From NCBI RefSeq assembly GCF_004010195.1, contig NC_057719.1, positions 8,517,604 to 8,581,603 on the forward strand: DNA of 64,000 bases, read 5' to 3'. The translations under genes and the position numbers were made by a program. Source of the DNA: Chiloscyllium plagiosum (lineage: Eukaryota). The notes under the pieces are model-generated. The model ran no database searches. It worked only from the letters and a program-made list of their open reading frames with translations, and had not been told where the DNA came from. Positions 50,793-64,000 of the stretch are shown piece by piece (position 1 is the stretch's first letter; each line of letters starts with the position of its first letter).

Positions 50793-53700
50793 ACCCTGGA
50801 CTTTATTGTCTATTGAGAATCTGTCTAACTCATCCTTGAATATGTTCAATAACCCTGAAGACGTTTAATTCAGCCTCTACTGCTCTTTAGGGAAGTAAAT
50901 TCCAAATGAAGAAGAAATTTCTCATCATCTCTGTCCTAACCTGGAAACGCCTTATATTGAAACCATGTTCACTAATTCCAGATTCGGCCATGAGGATTGC
51001 CTAGATTTTCACAATGATGGTGCCCTTCTCTGTGACTGGACAAATAATGGATGAGAGGGTGACTGATATTGGAGTCTGGTTGCATGACTAATTTCATAAC
51101 CTTCCATTATCATAGCAGAGCTCCTGCCATTTCATAGATTAATGAACAGCTTCAACTGGTTATGGATTCCTTGAAATGGGATCAGAAGTTCCAATGCTTG
51201 CTGTTAGAAGGGATCATGCAGTTGAAGGGAGCCAAAAGCCAGTAAAACTTTTTCTCATGAATGAAATTGTACTTTCAATCTGAACTCTGCAAAGGATAGT
51301 TAGATATTTCAAAAATTATTCATTCTCAGCATGAATCCTCAGATCTGCCTCTGGGTGGGTTGCCATGATAGGTGCAGTTACAAAGTGTGGTTAGGGTCAG
51401 GTGGGCTTGGGTCGAACTGCAGATCCTTCCTTTGGGGAAGCACGGTGGCTCAGTGGTTAGCACTACTGCCTTACAGCACCAGGGTCCAAGTTCGATCCCA
51501 GCCTCGGGTGACTGTCTGTGTGGAGTTGCACATTCTCCCCGTGTCTGCGTGGGTTTCCTCTGGGTGCTCTGGTTTCCCCCCATAGTCCAAAGATGTGCAG
51601 GTCAGGTGAATTGGCCACGCTAAATTGCTCATAGTGTTAGGTGCATTAGTCAGAAGGAAAATGGGTCTGGGTGGGTTACTCTTTGGAGTGTCGGTGTGGA
51701 CAGGTTGGGCTGAAGGGCCTGTTTCCACCCTGTAGGGAATCTAATCTAAGGAAACTGAAGCTGTACACAGTACTCTAGGCCCACACGAGCACACCACCTG
51801 AATGTTCAGCCATCCCCTTCAGCAGATACTTCTATTACCTCTTGCTTCATATCTTTACCTAGCTTCTCCTTAAATGCATCACTGATACTTTCTTCAACTA
51901 TCTGCTTCTGGTAGCAGTTCAACTGCCTAACCACATTTTGGATGAAGAGGTTTATCCCAAATTCCTCACTGGGTTTATACGGGATTGTCTAGTTTTCATT
52001 TCTGCTCATGAATGGAAATATGTTTCCTTCATCTCAAAGACCTTTGTCATGTCCAATACAAGTCAGGAGTGTGACTCCTTACTGACCTAGCTGAGTGAAG
52101 CTCCAAACACCATTGATCAGAAACTGAATTGGACCAACCATAAACATACCACCACTAAAAGGTCAAAGGCTGGGAATTCTGTGACTCACCTCCTGTCTCT
52201 ACCACAGCCTTTTCTATAAATGAAATGAATGCCAATGTTGTTGATGACCTGTAGGTAAGTTGACAGCATCCCACGTGACAATCCTGAATGTACTGCCCAT
52301 AAAAGCTGCAAGCAGTTGGTTAGCTGAGTTGGCTAGACGACTGCTTTGCAAAGTGATGCCAACGGCATGGGTTCAATTCCCACCCTGGCTGAAGTTACTA
52401 CTGAGGGACTCTTCTTCCCAACTGTTCTCTGGGGAAAGAAACTGCTGAGTGGTATTATCGCTGGAGTGTTAATCCAGCGAGCCAGGTACTACTCGGGGGA
52501 ACCTGGGTTCAAATCCTGCCATAGCAGATGATTGAATTCAATACAAATGGGGAATTAAGAGTCTAATGATGATCATGAAGGGATTGTCAGAAAAACCCAT
52601 CTGGTTCTCTAATGTCCTTTAGGGAAGGAAACTGCCATGCTTAACTGGTCTGGTCTACATGTGACTCCAGACCCACAGCAATTTGGTTGATTCTTAACTG
52701 TTCTATGAGATGGGCAATGAATGCTAGTCAGTGATGTCTGTGTCCCATGATTGAATTAAACAGACCTCTCCCTTTGCTTGAGGTGTGGTGACCCTCAGGT
52801 TAAACCATCCCCAGTTGTCTCTCTCTAATGACAGAAGAGCCCAATGATCTGGTAAAATGATAGCAACTTTACCTTTACTTTGCAGTACAAGTGGAGAGGA
52901 ATATCTGGGTTGTTGCAAGAAAATCCTCAAGTTGATGATTGAGTTGTGGACCAAGTGAAGGGGTAATGATATCCTGTACTCCAGTCACCTGTACATTACA
53001 CTGCGACACACTGTTAACAGCGTGAGATATTTGTACAGCTTTTCCTTTCTACATGGAAGCATCTCTCTGAGATCCATTTACAGATTTTCAAAGCCCTGTG
53101 CATAGCTGATGAATATTAATTTGCCCTGCCATGACTGTGAGAGACAGTATTTTGTGAAAGCACAGCAGCCTGGACTGCAAAGGCTTTCCCTGTTCAATCT
53201 GTGCTGGGTTCAGTGCATGAATGAATTGCACAGCGTCTTACTGAGTCTGCTGATTAGGACAGTGTCTGCTCAAACATTGGATCAGAGATAAGAGAGGATG
53301 TGTGCAAGCTCGCACCCAGGAGAGAGGGAAAGAAAGAGAGAGAGAGAGAGAGAGAGTGAGAAACAAAACAGCAAGTGAGGAGGACTGTGTGAGGGAGTGA
53401 ACACGAAATGAATGTATCTGCATGATGAGGAAAATACAGGATAAGAAAATGTCAGCAAGAATGGGAGATAGCAAGTATATAGAGTCATCCAGCACAGAAA
53501 CAGACCCTTCAGTCCAACTCATCCATGCCAACCAAAAATATCCTAAACTAATCTAGTCCTATTTGCCAGCACTTGGCCCATATCTCTCTCAACCCTTTCT
53601 ATTCACATTACCATCCAGATGCCTTTTAAATGTTGTAATTGTACCAGCCTCCACGACTTCTGGCAGCTCATTCCATACACACAGCACCCTCTGTGAGGGA

Positions 53701-54039
53701 AAGTTATGCCTCAAGTTATCCCTTACATACGATTGCAGACCCAAATCAACATGGCTGCCTCTTATCCCCCCCACTATGAACAACTGGGGATGTGCAGTAA
53801 GTGCTCGCCTAACCACACATCCCATGAATAAAACAAAATGCTGATTGATCTTGTTGACCATTTGTGAGACCATATATAAAGTGCTTTCTTCATATTACAC
53901 CCAATAAGTAACCACCTTTGCTGCCATAGATCGTCTGCAATATTTATGTTGACAGTGGACATCAATTGTTATCTTCAGATTTTCAATCAATCATTACTTT
54001 CATGAATGTCAACAGGATCCTGGGACTTTGTGAATATTG

Positions 54040-54256
54040 TCAGAAGTCACACGACACTGGGTTATAGTCCAACAGGCTTATTTGAAATCACAAGCTTTCA
54101 GAACACTGCTCCTTCATCAGGTGGACCGCTTTTGTCACCTGACGAAGGGGCAGTGTTCCAAAAGCTTGTGATTTTGAATAAATCTGCTGGACTATAACCG
54201 GGTGTGGTGTGACTTGTGACCTTATCCACCCCAGTCCAACACCAGCACCTCCACAT
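54040..54256. mobile_element. Second-family palindromic Penelope-derived element with back-to-back hammerhead motifs
   Basis: Imperfect inverted arms. Minus strand 54089-54123 reads CAC-CUGAUGA-A-GGAGC(AGU)GUUCU-GAAAG-CUU-GUG. The plus-strand copy has GAAA mutated to AAAA. Confidence 0.75.
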
Positions 54257-57200
54257 TGTGAATTTTGACAAGTTATCAGCATTGCAATAGACAATACATG
54301 CTTAAAGTGCCTGGCTTTTCAATAGCCACACTGAGAAAATCTAGATTTATACAAAACGCTGGTCTCGCCAGTAATGGGCAGACCCTCTGGAGATATGGGC
54401 AGGGTTGGGAGTTGCTGGTTGAGAGGGGCAACAGGATGAGATCTCAGATCAGAGGCTCCCCACAAGTTCCATTCCCATCGGTGTTATGGGAGGAGGGCAG
54501 CTCTCAATTTGGTAACCTCCACTTCTGATTGAATTCAAGACCACTCTTGGACTAGTGGTGTCGCTCAGTGCTGACATTCTGCAGCGAGAAAAACAGAACT
54601 GATGGTTCAAGTCCAGTGACCTTTCATCAGAACCCAGTAACGCCGCAGAATCTGCTGTCATTCTCCCTTCCCCTGTGTAGTGTGCTGTTCTGTGAAGTTC
54701 TATAAAGACCTCTATCCTGCGATTCATGGACTGGCTCTTTGCCTGACCATCAAACCACCCTCGTTACTCCTTCCCCTTCCATGACAGATAATCATCCAGA
54801 TTTTGCATTCACATGCCAGTTAGATTTTATAACAATTTCTTAAAAAAAAAGCAGTGTGGAGTTTGTTGTGCTTTCCAGTGCTGTCACTGACTGGCCCTTG
54901 CTGTGTTGACTATATTTTGATTTATTTTACAGTTGTAATCTCAACAATTGGGGCCTCAAATTTAATATTAAACCGCAGCAAGGCAATGTTATTATCTATA
55001 TTTATATATATCCTAATCTTTCAACAGCAAGCCATTTGAAGGATTATTGTGTAACGGATGTCGTATTCACTTAGCACTAACTGAGCAAACAATATCAAGT
55101 CAGGAGGGAACGATGTGATCTGACCTCAATGATCAGATTTAAGATGGGAATTCTAATCTGTTCAATGTCTAATCACTCCTGTTCTCAGAATCCTCCTATG
55201 AATCATCACTGTTAGATAGTGTTTCAGAAGGTTCTGTTAATGTCACTTTAATTTGACTTTGCGGTCAATATGGTGACCAGAATTGATTTCGTGTACATTA
55301 TGAAACAGCAGACCTGATTCTACATCATACTTGCCTCCCTCCACCTTCCTTTCCCGTTGGTGTTACTGGGGAATTTGTTAATATCCACCTATTGTTTTAA
55401 TCTTAGAGCAGTGGCATAGCTCAGTGCTAAAGTTCTTTTAGCTTAAGGCAGTGTCTGTAGTCAGTCAAGCAGAGTTGGCATTTCAAGGCGAGTGACTCTT
55501 CATCGGAACTCAGTAGTTCTGCTTCTCTCTCCACAGATGCTGCCTGCCTTGCTGAGTTTCTCCAGCACTTCCTGCTTTTGTTTCAGATCTCTGGAATCCA
55601 CAGTACTTTGGTTTATTCTTGAGGTTGGACTTCAGGCTGGACAATTGTGGCTTCAGGTTTTACTGACTTCGATGATTCACCGAGGGAGTGCAACAGTGTC
55701 AGTGCTGGCGTTTGGACCACACGTTAAAGCACAGCCCAATTTACCCTGCGATGCAGACCCAAGTGGATCTATGTGAATGACTTGGATTAAGGAACTGCCT
55801 GGATTGTACCCAAATTTACTGACAAAGATAGATTGGAGAACAGATTGTGTGGGGGACACAAAACATTCTGCAAAGAGATATAGACAGGTGAAGTGACTGG
55901 ACAGATGAGAGGTTGGATGTCAGAACAAGGATGATACCTGGTTTTGGCAAGAACTTGCCTGAGAAATGCTTTCACATTTCGTGGCCATTTAAAGTTCTGA
56001 ACAAGAGGCACACTGGATTTCAAATGCTAACTCGGTTTCACTCTCCGTAGATACTGCCAGACCTGCTGAGTTTCATAGAATCCCTACAGCATGGAAACAG
56101 GCCATTCAGCCCATACTGACCCTCCAAACAATATCCCACCCAGACCCACCTATCCATGTAAACCTGCATTTCCCCATGGCTAACCCATTGAGTCTGCATA
56201 TCCTTGGACACTATGAACAATTAAGCATGGCCAATCAACCCAATCTGCTCACCTTTGGACTGTGGGAGGAAACTGGAGCATTCGGAGGAAACCCACGCAG
56301 GCATGGGGAGAACATGCAAACTCCACATAGACAATCGCCCGAGACTGGGATCAAACCCAGGTCCCTGGTGCTGTGAGGCAGCAGTGCTAACCATTGTGCC
56401 ACAGGAATTGCTGGAATCTTTCCACTAATTTTGCATTTATTCCTACTATCTGCTTTCTATCAATCCTCAAACCATGCTACAATTTACCCAGGCACTTTAT
56501 GCACTGCATACATATGCATCATGTTATTCATTTGTCAGACTCTTAACCATCTGTACAGTAACTTTCCTTCCCCCTTCCCAATACTTACCAAGCTTATAAA
56601 CAAGATTGCTAAAAGCAAGTAAAACAGAAAACACCACTCTATCTGGTGCTAATGTATGACTTTTAAAAAAAAATTAGATTACCTATAACATGGAAACAGC
56701 TCCTTCGGCCCAACAAGTCCACACTGACCCTCCAACCAGTAACCCTTCCAGAATCATTTTCCTTATCTTCCCCTGACCCGCACATCTTTTGGATTGTGGG
56801 AGGAAACCAGAGCACCCAGAGGAAACCCACACAGACACAGGGAGAATGTGCAAACTCCACACAGAACAGTCACCCAAGGCTGGAATCAAACCAAGTCCCT
56901 GGTGCAAGGAGGCAGCAGTGCTAACCATTGAGCCACTGAGCCACCGTGCCACCCCTTATACACAGGGTTTACTCACAGTATCCTGGATATTTGTCTCTAA
57001 CAGCCAGAGACCCCCAGTGTTGATCCAAAATGAATATCTTGAATGGATGACATGTGTCCCTCACTTTACTATCATCAGTCGACATTTCCGAACTGTTGCT
57101 ATGCAACAAAACACTGGCATTCATCGTTGAAGTATGCTTTTTTTAGAAGCTTCCTGGCACGTGGTAATGTAATCGTGTCCAGGAATCTTTTTTTTTACTA

Positions 57201-58084
57201 ATCTCTGCATTTAGAGCACCCTGCGTGCTGCAGAACTGCTGAGTGATGTCCAGTCTGCCTTGCTTTCACTCGAGTGCAGTCAATCATGCCCTTTGGCAGT
57301 CAAAGCTGGCCTTGCACAGACACAAAGAACAAAGAACAGAACAGCACAGGAACAAGCCCTTCAGCCCATGATGTTAAGCTGAACAGGCTGCCAAATGAAA
57401 CTAATCCCTTCTCCCTGCCCTTGCTCCATATCTCTCCATTCCTTGCATATTTATGTGCTCATTGAAAAGTCCCTGAAACAAATTAATCATATCTACCTCC
57501 ATCACCACCCCGGTCACGTATTCCAGACACTGTGTAAAAACCTGCCCCTCCAATCTCCTTTGAACTTAACCCCTCTCTCCTCAAATGTATGCCCCCTTGT
57601 TTTAGATATTTCAACTCTGGGTAAAAGATTTTGACTGTCAACCCTACCTGTGCATCTCAAAATGTTATTGACTTCTATCAAGTATTCCTGTCAGCCTCCG
57701 CTGCTTAAAAGAAAACGACTCGAGTTTTTCTAGCCTGTCCTTATAGCTCATGCGTTCTAATCCAGGCAGCATCCTGGTAAACCTTTTCTGCACCCTCTCC
57801 AAAGCCTCCACATCCTTTCTGTAATGTGGCGACCAGAGTTGACAGCAATTCAAAAACGAAGCTGCTTTGATCACCAGCCCATCCACCAATTTAAGCATTC
57901 ACTAATTCCTCCTCCACCACTCACTGGTGCTCTGCAACAACTCATCCTGCTTCACCCTTCCAAAAGCACACTCACTACCATCTGGAAGGACAAGGGCTGC
58001 TGATACTTAGGAATACCACCACGTGGAAGTCCCTCTCCAAACCACTCTGATTTGGAAATACATCATCATTCTTTCACTGTCTAA

Positions 58085-58675
58085 AGAGTCATAGATATGT
58101 ACAGCATGGAAACAGACCCTTCGGTTCAACTTGTCCATGTCGACCAGATATCCGAAATCAATCTAGTCCCATTTGCCAGAACTTGGCCCATATCCCTCTA
58201 AAGCCTTTCTATTCATATGCCCATCCAGATGCCTTTTTATGTTGTAATTGTACCAGCCTCCACCACTTCCTCTGGCAGCTCATTCAATACACAGACCACA
58301 CTCTGTGTGATAAAGTTGCCCCTTAGGTCTTTTTATATCTTTCCCCTCTCACCCTAAACCTATGCCCTCTAGTTCTGGACTTCCCCCACCCCAGGGAAAA
58401 ATCCTTGTCTATTTACGTTATCCATGCCCCTCACGATTTTATAAACCTCTATAAGGTCACTCCACAGCCTCCGATACTCCAGGGAAAACAGCCCCAGCCT
58501 AGTCAGCCTCTTCCTGTAGCTCAAACCCTCCAACCCTGGCAAGATCCTTGTAAAGCTGTTCTGAACCCTTTCATGTTAAACAACATCCTTCTGATTGGTA
58601 GGAGTCCAGAACAGCACACAATGATCCAAAAGTGGCCTAACCAATGTCCTGTAGTGCAACATGACCTCCCAACTC
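58085..58675 (-). mobile_element. CR1 3' fragment
   Basis: Reverse complement of the same CR1 3' consensus. Confidence 0.88.
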
Positions 58676-61600
58676 AATGTCGCTGGGTCAAAATCCTGGA
58701 ATTCCTTCAGGAACCACTCTGTGCACTGCCTACGCCATATGGATTGCACCTTCTTAGGAATGGTGATCAATGTTGATGCAGCTGCTCGTGCCCCCATCCT
58801 GTTTGTGATAAAATAAAAGCTTGTGTGCAGTACAGTAATTGCTTGGTCATATTAGTGAGAGCAGAATTTGTGCTGTAAAGGGATGGATAAAGCAATGGCC
58901 ACAGTTTACTGTCTAATCTTCCAGTTATCTGCGCCCAATCAACACGCAACACAATCCATCACAATGTGAGCTCCAATTGATTCTGAATGCAGTGTCATCG
59001 TAACTTATAGCTGCAGACTCCTGTCTTGACAGCAATACAATAGCATTCTTATTCATTTCATTACACTCGTTACCCCGAGTACACCCAATTTATGAGGAGC
59101 ACAGCTGCCAAATGGAAATTGGTTATTTCATCAGGCACACTGTTTTACAGAGGGAGCACACACTGCCCGAAACCTCTGGTATGATTTAGGCTGCGGCAGG
59201 AGCTCAGTGGGTTCACCCAATGTTGAGATGGCGTACAGGGTGTCCCCCGAATTAAGACCTGACCTGATACAAGCCGGCCGCCTGGGGGAATGGGGGAAAA
59301 CAAAAACCCACTTCAAGAGCAATGTTCACAACATCAGCTATGCACATGCACGAGCCACTGCTGCCAAGTAGAAAACCAGGTCACTGACGTACAGGCACAG
59401 CAAGACTCCACTGACAAAAATGAGATCATGAGCAGTTATAGAGTCATACAGCACGGAAACAGACCCTTCAGTCCAACTCGTCCATGACAACCAGATATCC
59501 CAACCCAATCTAGTTCACCATCTTTGTCAATGTGGAGTAGGACAACAGAATTCTTACAATGTGAAAGCAGGCCATTCAGCCCACACCAACCCTCCAAAGT
59601 ACACCCACCCTGATGCACCTCATTCCTGTACATCCCTGGGCAATTTAGCATCGCCAATCCACCTAACCTGGACATGTTTGGACTGCGGGAGGAAACCAGA
59701 GCACCCGGAGGAAACCCAAGTAGATACGGAGAGAAAATGCAAATTCTATACAAAATCACCAGAGGCTGAAATCGAACCCTGGTCCCTGGATCAGTGAGGC
59801 AGCAGTGAGCCACCATGTGGTCACAAGGATTGAGGGATAAATTTTTACCAGAACTGATCAGGAAGAAATGAGATGATATCATAATTTTCTCATTGCTTTT
59901 TTGGTGCACTCAAGGTCAGCTGTGTTTTCCTAAATCGGGACATTCCCAATGACAGGGGAGTCTAGAACCAGGTGTCACAATCTAAAGATACAGGGTAGGC
60001 TATTTAGGACAGAGATGAGGAGGAATTTCTTCACTCACAGAGTGGTGAGCCTTAGTTCTTCAGGCTAAAGAGTTCAAAGCCATGATTATACTGAATGATG
60101 GAGTAGGCTTGAAGGGCCAAATGGCCTCTTGCTAGTCCTATTTTCTATGCTGGCATGTTTACAACATTGACTACACTTTAAAAGTACAGTCTAATGATCA
60201 AGCAGAAGGTGGGGTCAGGGGTCACAGGAAGATAATGCCATGGTGACAGAAGACCCAATCTGCATGTGCCCTCCAGTTGGATAGGGACCTAAACTATTGC
60301 CTGCTTTCACTCACCAGATTAGGCTTAATGGGGTAGAAATTCACTGAAAGGCAGTCACGCCAAATGACCAAAAACATATTAACAAATTGTAGTGTGATTG
60401 AGGCGGGGGGAGGTTAAAAAAGACTGTTTCATTACCAGCATGATTGTATGACCACACAGGAGCAACACATATCCCAACGTTCAGTTGGTTTCTCTTGTGA
60501 CGTTTGCCTGGGTTATTTGAGGGATACAATGCTGGTTAATCTCTTTCACGTCAAACATCATCTCTTGGTCTTGGTGGGTTAGTTTTACAGCCAATCCCTT
60601 CTTGCTGCCAACTCTCCTCTGGCTGTAGACTGGTTAAAGTGATGGGCAAATGAAAGAAGGGTGGAGGGAAAAAGATCATTTCCACACAGTGGGTAGTTAT
60701 GGTATGGAAATACCCTAAATACCTGCGAATATGGGGGAGGGAAATTCAACCAAGGCATTCAAGGGGACATTCTCCTTCTCAACCTCTCACCTCACCTGAG
60801 GCACGCCAGATTAAACTCACTCCTGGTCAGCTCTAATGCAAGACCAGCCTTATGGCTCATTAGGACGAGGAGGACTTCACTTTGAGGATGATTATTTGGA
60901 GGTGTGCAAGGATATAGGCAAAAGGCAGGAGATAGGCATCGGATGATCACGCTTCTTGCAGGCACGATGGACCAAATGAACTCCTTCTGTGCCGTCACAA
61001 TTCTGTGATTGGGTTACTTCAGACAACGAGTTTGGATGGACTTAAAGAGGAAGCTAACTAAATGCAGGTAGGAGAAATGAGAAACGAAGGACATTTTGAC
61101 AAGATTAGATGAGGAGGGTTAGGAAGAGTGGGGCGAATCAACATGGGTATGGACCAGATGGGCCAAATGGCCTGCTACTCTGTTGCGAGAACATTACATA
61201 AACCAACATTGGAATTCAGCAGCTGTCCCATCGTACTTAACCTGCTCTTGCCACTTCTGGTTTGTTCTGCAGCTTTCGTCACAGGTACGGTCAGTATGAG
61301 GGAGGGCAGACAGTGACCAAAGAAATAAAACCTTCACGGGTTGGGACATTGCAATGGGAGCCCACCCAGACCTACCGCATCCCTCTTTTGGATGTCTTGG
61401 TGACTACTTTTTATCAATGTCTTCTCAATTTGCTCTTCCCCATGACAGAGAACATTCTCTCATCCAACCTTAAGCAATTTTGAAGACTTTATTTTCTTTA
61501 TTTCTTCTTTGTACTTTAATCAGGGGATGTGGGCCTCACTGACTAGTTCAGCATTTATTGTCTGTCCCTAATTGACTCTGAGGAAATGAGGGTGAGTGGC

Positions 61601-63324
61601 ATCCTTGAGCCACTGCAGTCCACAGTGCTGTTAGAGGGGGAGCTCAGATTTTGACCCAGCCACAATGTAGGAAAGACAATGTAAGTCCATAAAACCAAAA
61701 GACATAGCAGCAGTAATGAGGCCATTCAGCCCATCGAGTCTGCTCTGCCACTCAATCATGGCTGATAAGTTCCTCAACCCCATTCTCCTGTTTTCTCCCA
61801 GTAACCCTTGTTCCCCGTGATACTCAAGTACCTATCGATCTCAGTCTTAAATATACTCAATGACCTGGCTTCCACAGCCTTCTGTGACAGTGAATTCCAT
61901 CGATTCACCATTCTCTGGCTGAAGAAGTTTCTCCTTATCTCCGTTCTAAAAGGTTTTCCCTTTACTCTAAGGCTGTGCCCTCAGGTCCTAGTCTCTCTTA
62001 CCAATGGAAACATCTTCCCAACCATTCCGTATTCTGTATGTTTCAATTAGATTCCCCCCTCAACCTTCTGAACTCCATCGAGTCTGGACCTAGAGTTCTC
62101 CAATGTTCCTCACATGTTAAGCTTTACATTCCTGGGACCATTCTCGTGAACCTCGTCTGAACACGCTCCAGGGCCTGTGCATCCTTCCTGAGACATGGGG
62201 CCCAATACTCCAAATGTGGTCTGACTAGAGCCTGTAGTTCCTAATCAGGATGGTGTGTGGTTTGGAGAGGAATTTGCTGGTGGCAGTAATGCTTCCATGT
62301 ATCTGTTGCCCTTCTCCTTCTGCTTGGTACCACTCTTAGGTTTGCTAGGAACAGTCAAAGTCGCCTTTGCAGTGTATCTGGTAGATGCTACACCCTGCTG
62401 CCGCTGGGCATTGGTGGTGAAGGGATTGAATGGTGAAGGTGGTGGACGGGATGCCAAAGCAGACTGCTTTGCCCTGGATGCTGGTGAACATGGATGCTGA
62501 GATGTAAGGCATAAGACCTTCTTTGTCCGAGTCAAATGGACTCATTTAACCTGGTTCGCAAGACAAACAAAAGCAGCTGGTGCGCAGGCATTGAGTGGGT
62601 GGTGTGTGGAAATGGTGGTGGTGATGGAGGGACAACATGGTGGCTCAGTGGTTAGCATTGCTGCCACATAGCACCAGAGACCTGGATTCAATTCCCGTCT
62701 CGGGTGACTGTCCATGTGGAGTTTGCACATTCTCTCCGTGTCTGTGTGGGTTTCTTCTGGATGCTCCGGTTTCATCCAACAGTTCAAAGATGTGCAGGTT
62801 AGGCAAGTTGACCATGCTAAATTACCCTTAGTGTTCAGGGATGTGTGGGTTAGGTGCATTAGTTAGAGGTAAATGTAGAGTCATAGGGTTGGTGAATGGT
62901 TCTGGCTGGGTTACTCTTCGGAGGGTCAGTGTGGGTCTCTCAGGTCAAATGGCCTGTTTCCACACTTTAGGAATTCTGTGACGTGACAAGGAACTGTGGT
63001 TGGGCCTTTTACCAATCCCTTGCCTCTGTTAGTGTAGATAGATGGGATATAATAGAGAACATATAATTCTGTTGTGAAGATGTGCTCCCTTAATGTCCTC
63101 AAATCTAGTTGCTGTTAAGTAATCAGCGGATGAGGTAATGTCGAGATTAACTGTTGCTTTGCTATGTGCCTTTGCATATTGGAGGTCAGAGACAAGCGAC
63201 ATTTTAGGAATGCTTTATAGCAAGGAGGACTGGGGTGCAATATCAACACTGTGAGTCTACCTAATCGTGGAGTGTTGTCAAGTTATTCAACTTGCCACTG
63301 CATGGTATATATTATACATATAGA

Positions 63325-63420
63325 AGTGCTGGTAGTATGTGCTGGCAGCATGATATATATATGCTGGTGGCATGGTATGTATGCTGGTGGCATGGTGTAT
63401 ATTGCTGGTGGCACACTATA
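63325..63420. repeat. Short minisatellite, ~20-nt unit atgctggtggcatggtatgt, 4-5 imperfect copies
   Basis: Seen directly. Confidence 0.75.
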
Positions 63421-64000
63421 TATATAAAATATATATGTGCATGTGTGTGTGCGCACACGTGCTGGAAATGTGTTGGGGGCAGGGTGGCTCAATGGTTAGC
63501 AATGCTGCATCAGGAACCTGGGTTCGATTCCACCCTCGGGCAACTGTCTGTGTGGAGTCTGCACATTTTCCCTGTGTCTGCGCAGGTTCCCTCAAGGTGC
63601 TCCGGTTTCCTCTCACAGTCCAAAGATGTGCAGGCTTGGGTGGATTGGTCAAATTATATTGCTCTTAATGTCCAGGGATGGTGCAGGCTAGGTGGATTGG
63701 CCATGGGAAATAGAGGGGAGGGGAAGGGTCTGGATGTGGTGCTCTTTAGAGACTCGGTATCGACTCGATGGGCCGAATGGCCTACTTCCACGCTGCAGGG
63801 ATTCTCTCATCTGAACTTGGAGTAACATCATAGCCTATCTAGGTTTGACCCTGTGCCCGAAACAGCGCAGTTTGCAGCAACAGTTCTTGTTAAGTTAGCA
63901 TGAGCCTGTTGATACTGAAGTTGCTTGCAGCAACATACAGGAGCTTAATTCTCGCAGTCTCCGGGATTGCAACTGCCAGCTGTTAACCCTTGCCTTCGGC

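Larger units (their letters stand above)
3690..62240. mobile_element. Additional dispersed CR1-type fragments, not one element: ~3690-4250+, 6335-6680+, 10500-10990-, 12898-13216-, 20470-21085+, 24030-24860 nested, 33780-34155+, 35080-35515+, 40870-41975+, 42595-43415 nested, 46605-47255-, 47850-48166-, 48408-48680+, 50015-50345-, 53480-53700-, 57325-57850-, 61688-62240-
   Basis: Recurrent CR1 ORF2 C-terminal and 3' UTR motifs on both strands; boundaries approximate. Confidence 0.8.
3072..63805. mobile_element. Further dispersed HE1-type SINE copies: + 3072-3392, 7381-7700, 14345-14697, 18152-18360, 22680-22950, 33460-33775, 42190-42540, 46828-47025, 51435-51750, 62630-62980, 63476-63805; - 28215-28365, 29195-29548, 56075-56402, 56670-56955, 59545-59818
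   Basis: Repeated V-domain and tRNA-like head; boundaries approximate. Confidence 0.88.

Noticed and set aside
62590..62635. Thr-rich minus-strand stretch (PSITTTIST) resembling the neurexin stalk exon
   Set aside because: It abuts a SINE head, lacks splice sites and lacks the METTTT motif; the true upstream exon appears to lie outside the window.
1..64000. CRISPR arrays, operons or other prokaryotic systems
   Set aside because: The sequence is vertebrate intronic DNA; no regularly spaced repeat-spacer array was seen.

Overview
Vertebrate genomic DNA, almost certainly from a shark (dense HE1-type V-SINEs and HER1/CR1-type LINE fragments). The window holds the 3' end of a neurexin gene on the minus strand that is most similar to NRXN3. 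Three coding parts are visible. (1) The cysteine-loop/heparan-sulfate exon at 39905-39983 has two donors 9 nt apart. (2) After a ~38-kb intron lies an unannotated 110-nt stop-containing exon at 2080-2189, homologous to the GPI-anchor (splice site 5) exon of mammalian NRXN3. (3) The terminal TM/cytoplasmic exon at 115-1037 has three in-frame acceptors. The upstream exons lie beyond 64000. The rest is intron filled with retroelements: about 18 HE1 SINEs, many CR1 fragments, further SINE/LINE families and a solo LTR. It also carries a family of ~200-bp palindromic Penelope-derived elements with minimal hammerhead ribozyme cores and 14-17 bp target-site duplications. Most notable: (a) the conserved GPI-switch exon; (b) NRXN1/2-like features in the Cys-loop exon, which may point to a fourth neurexin ohnolog; (c) hammerhead-bearing hairpin elements, two with intact cores in pre-mRNA sense; (d) a transposon-free zone after the Cys-loop exon rich in strong 3' splice sites and UGCAUG motifs. 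Repeat boundaries are approximate and family names come from recalled consensus motifs, not database searches.
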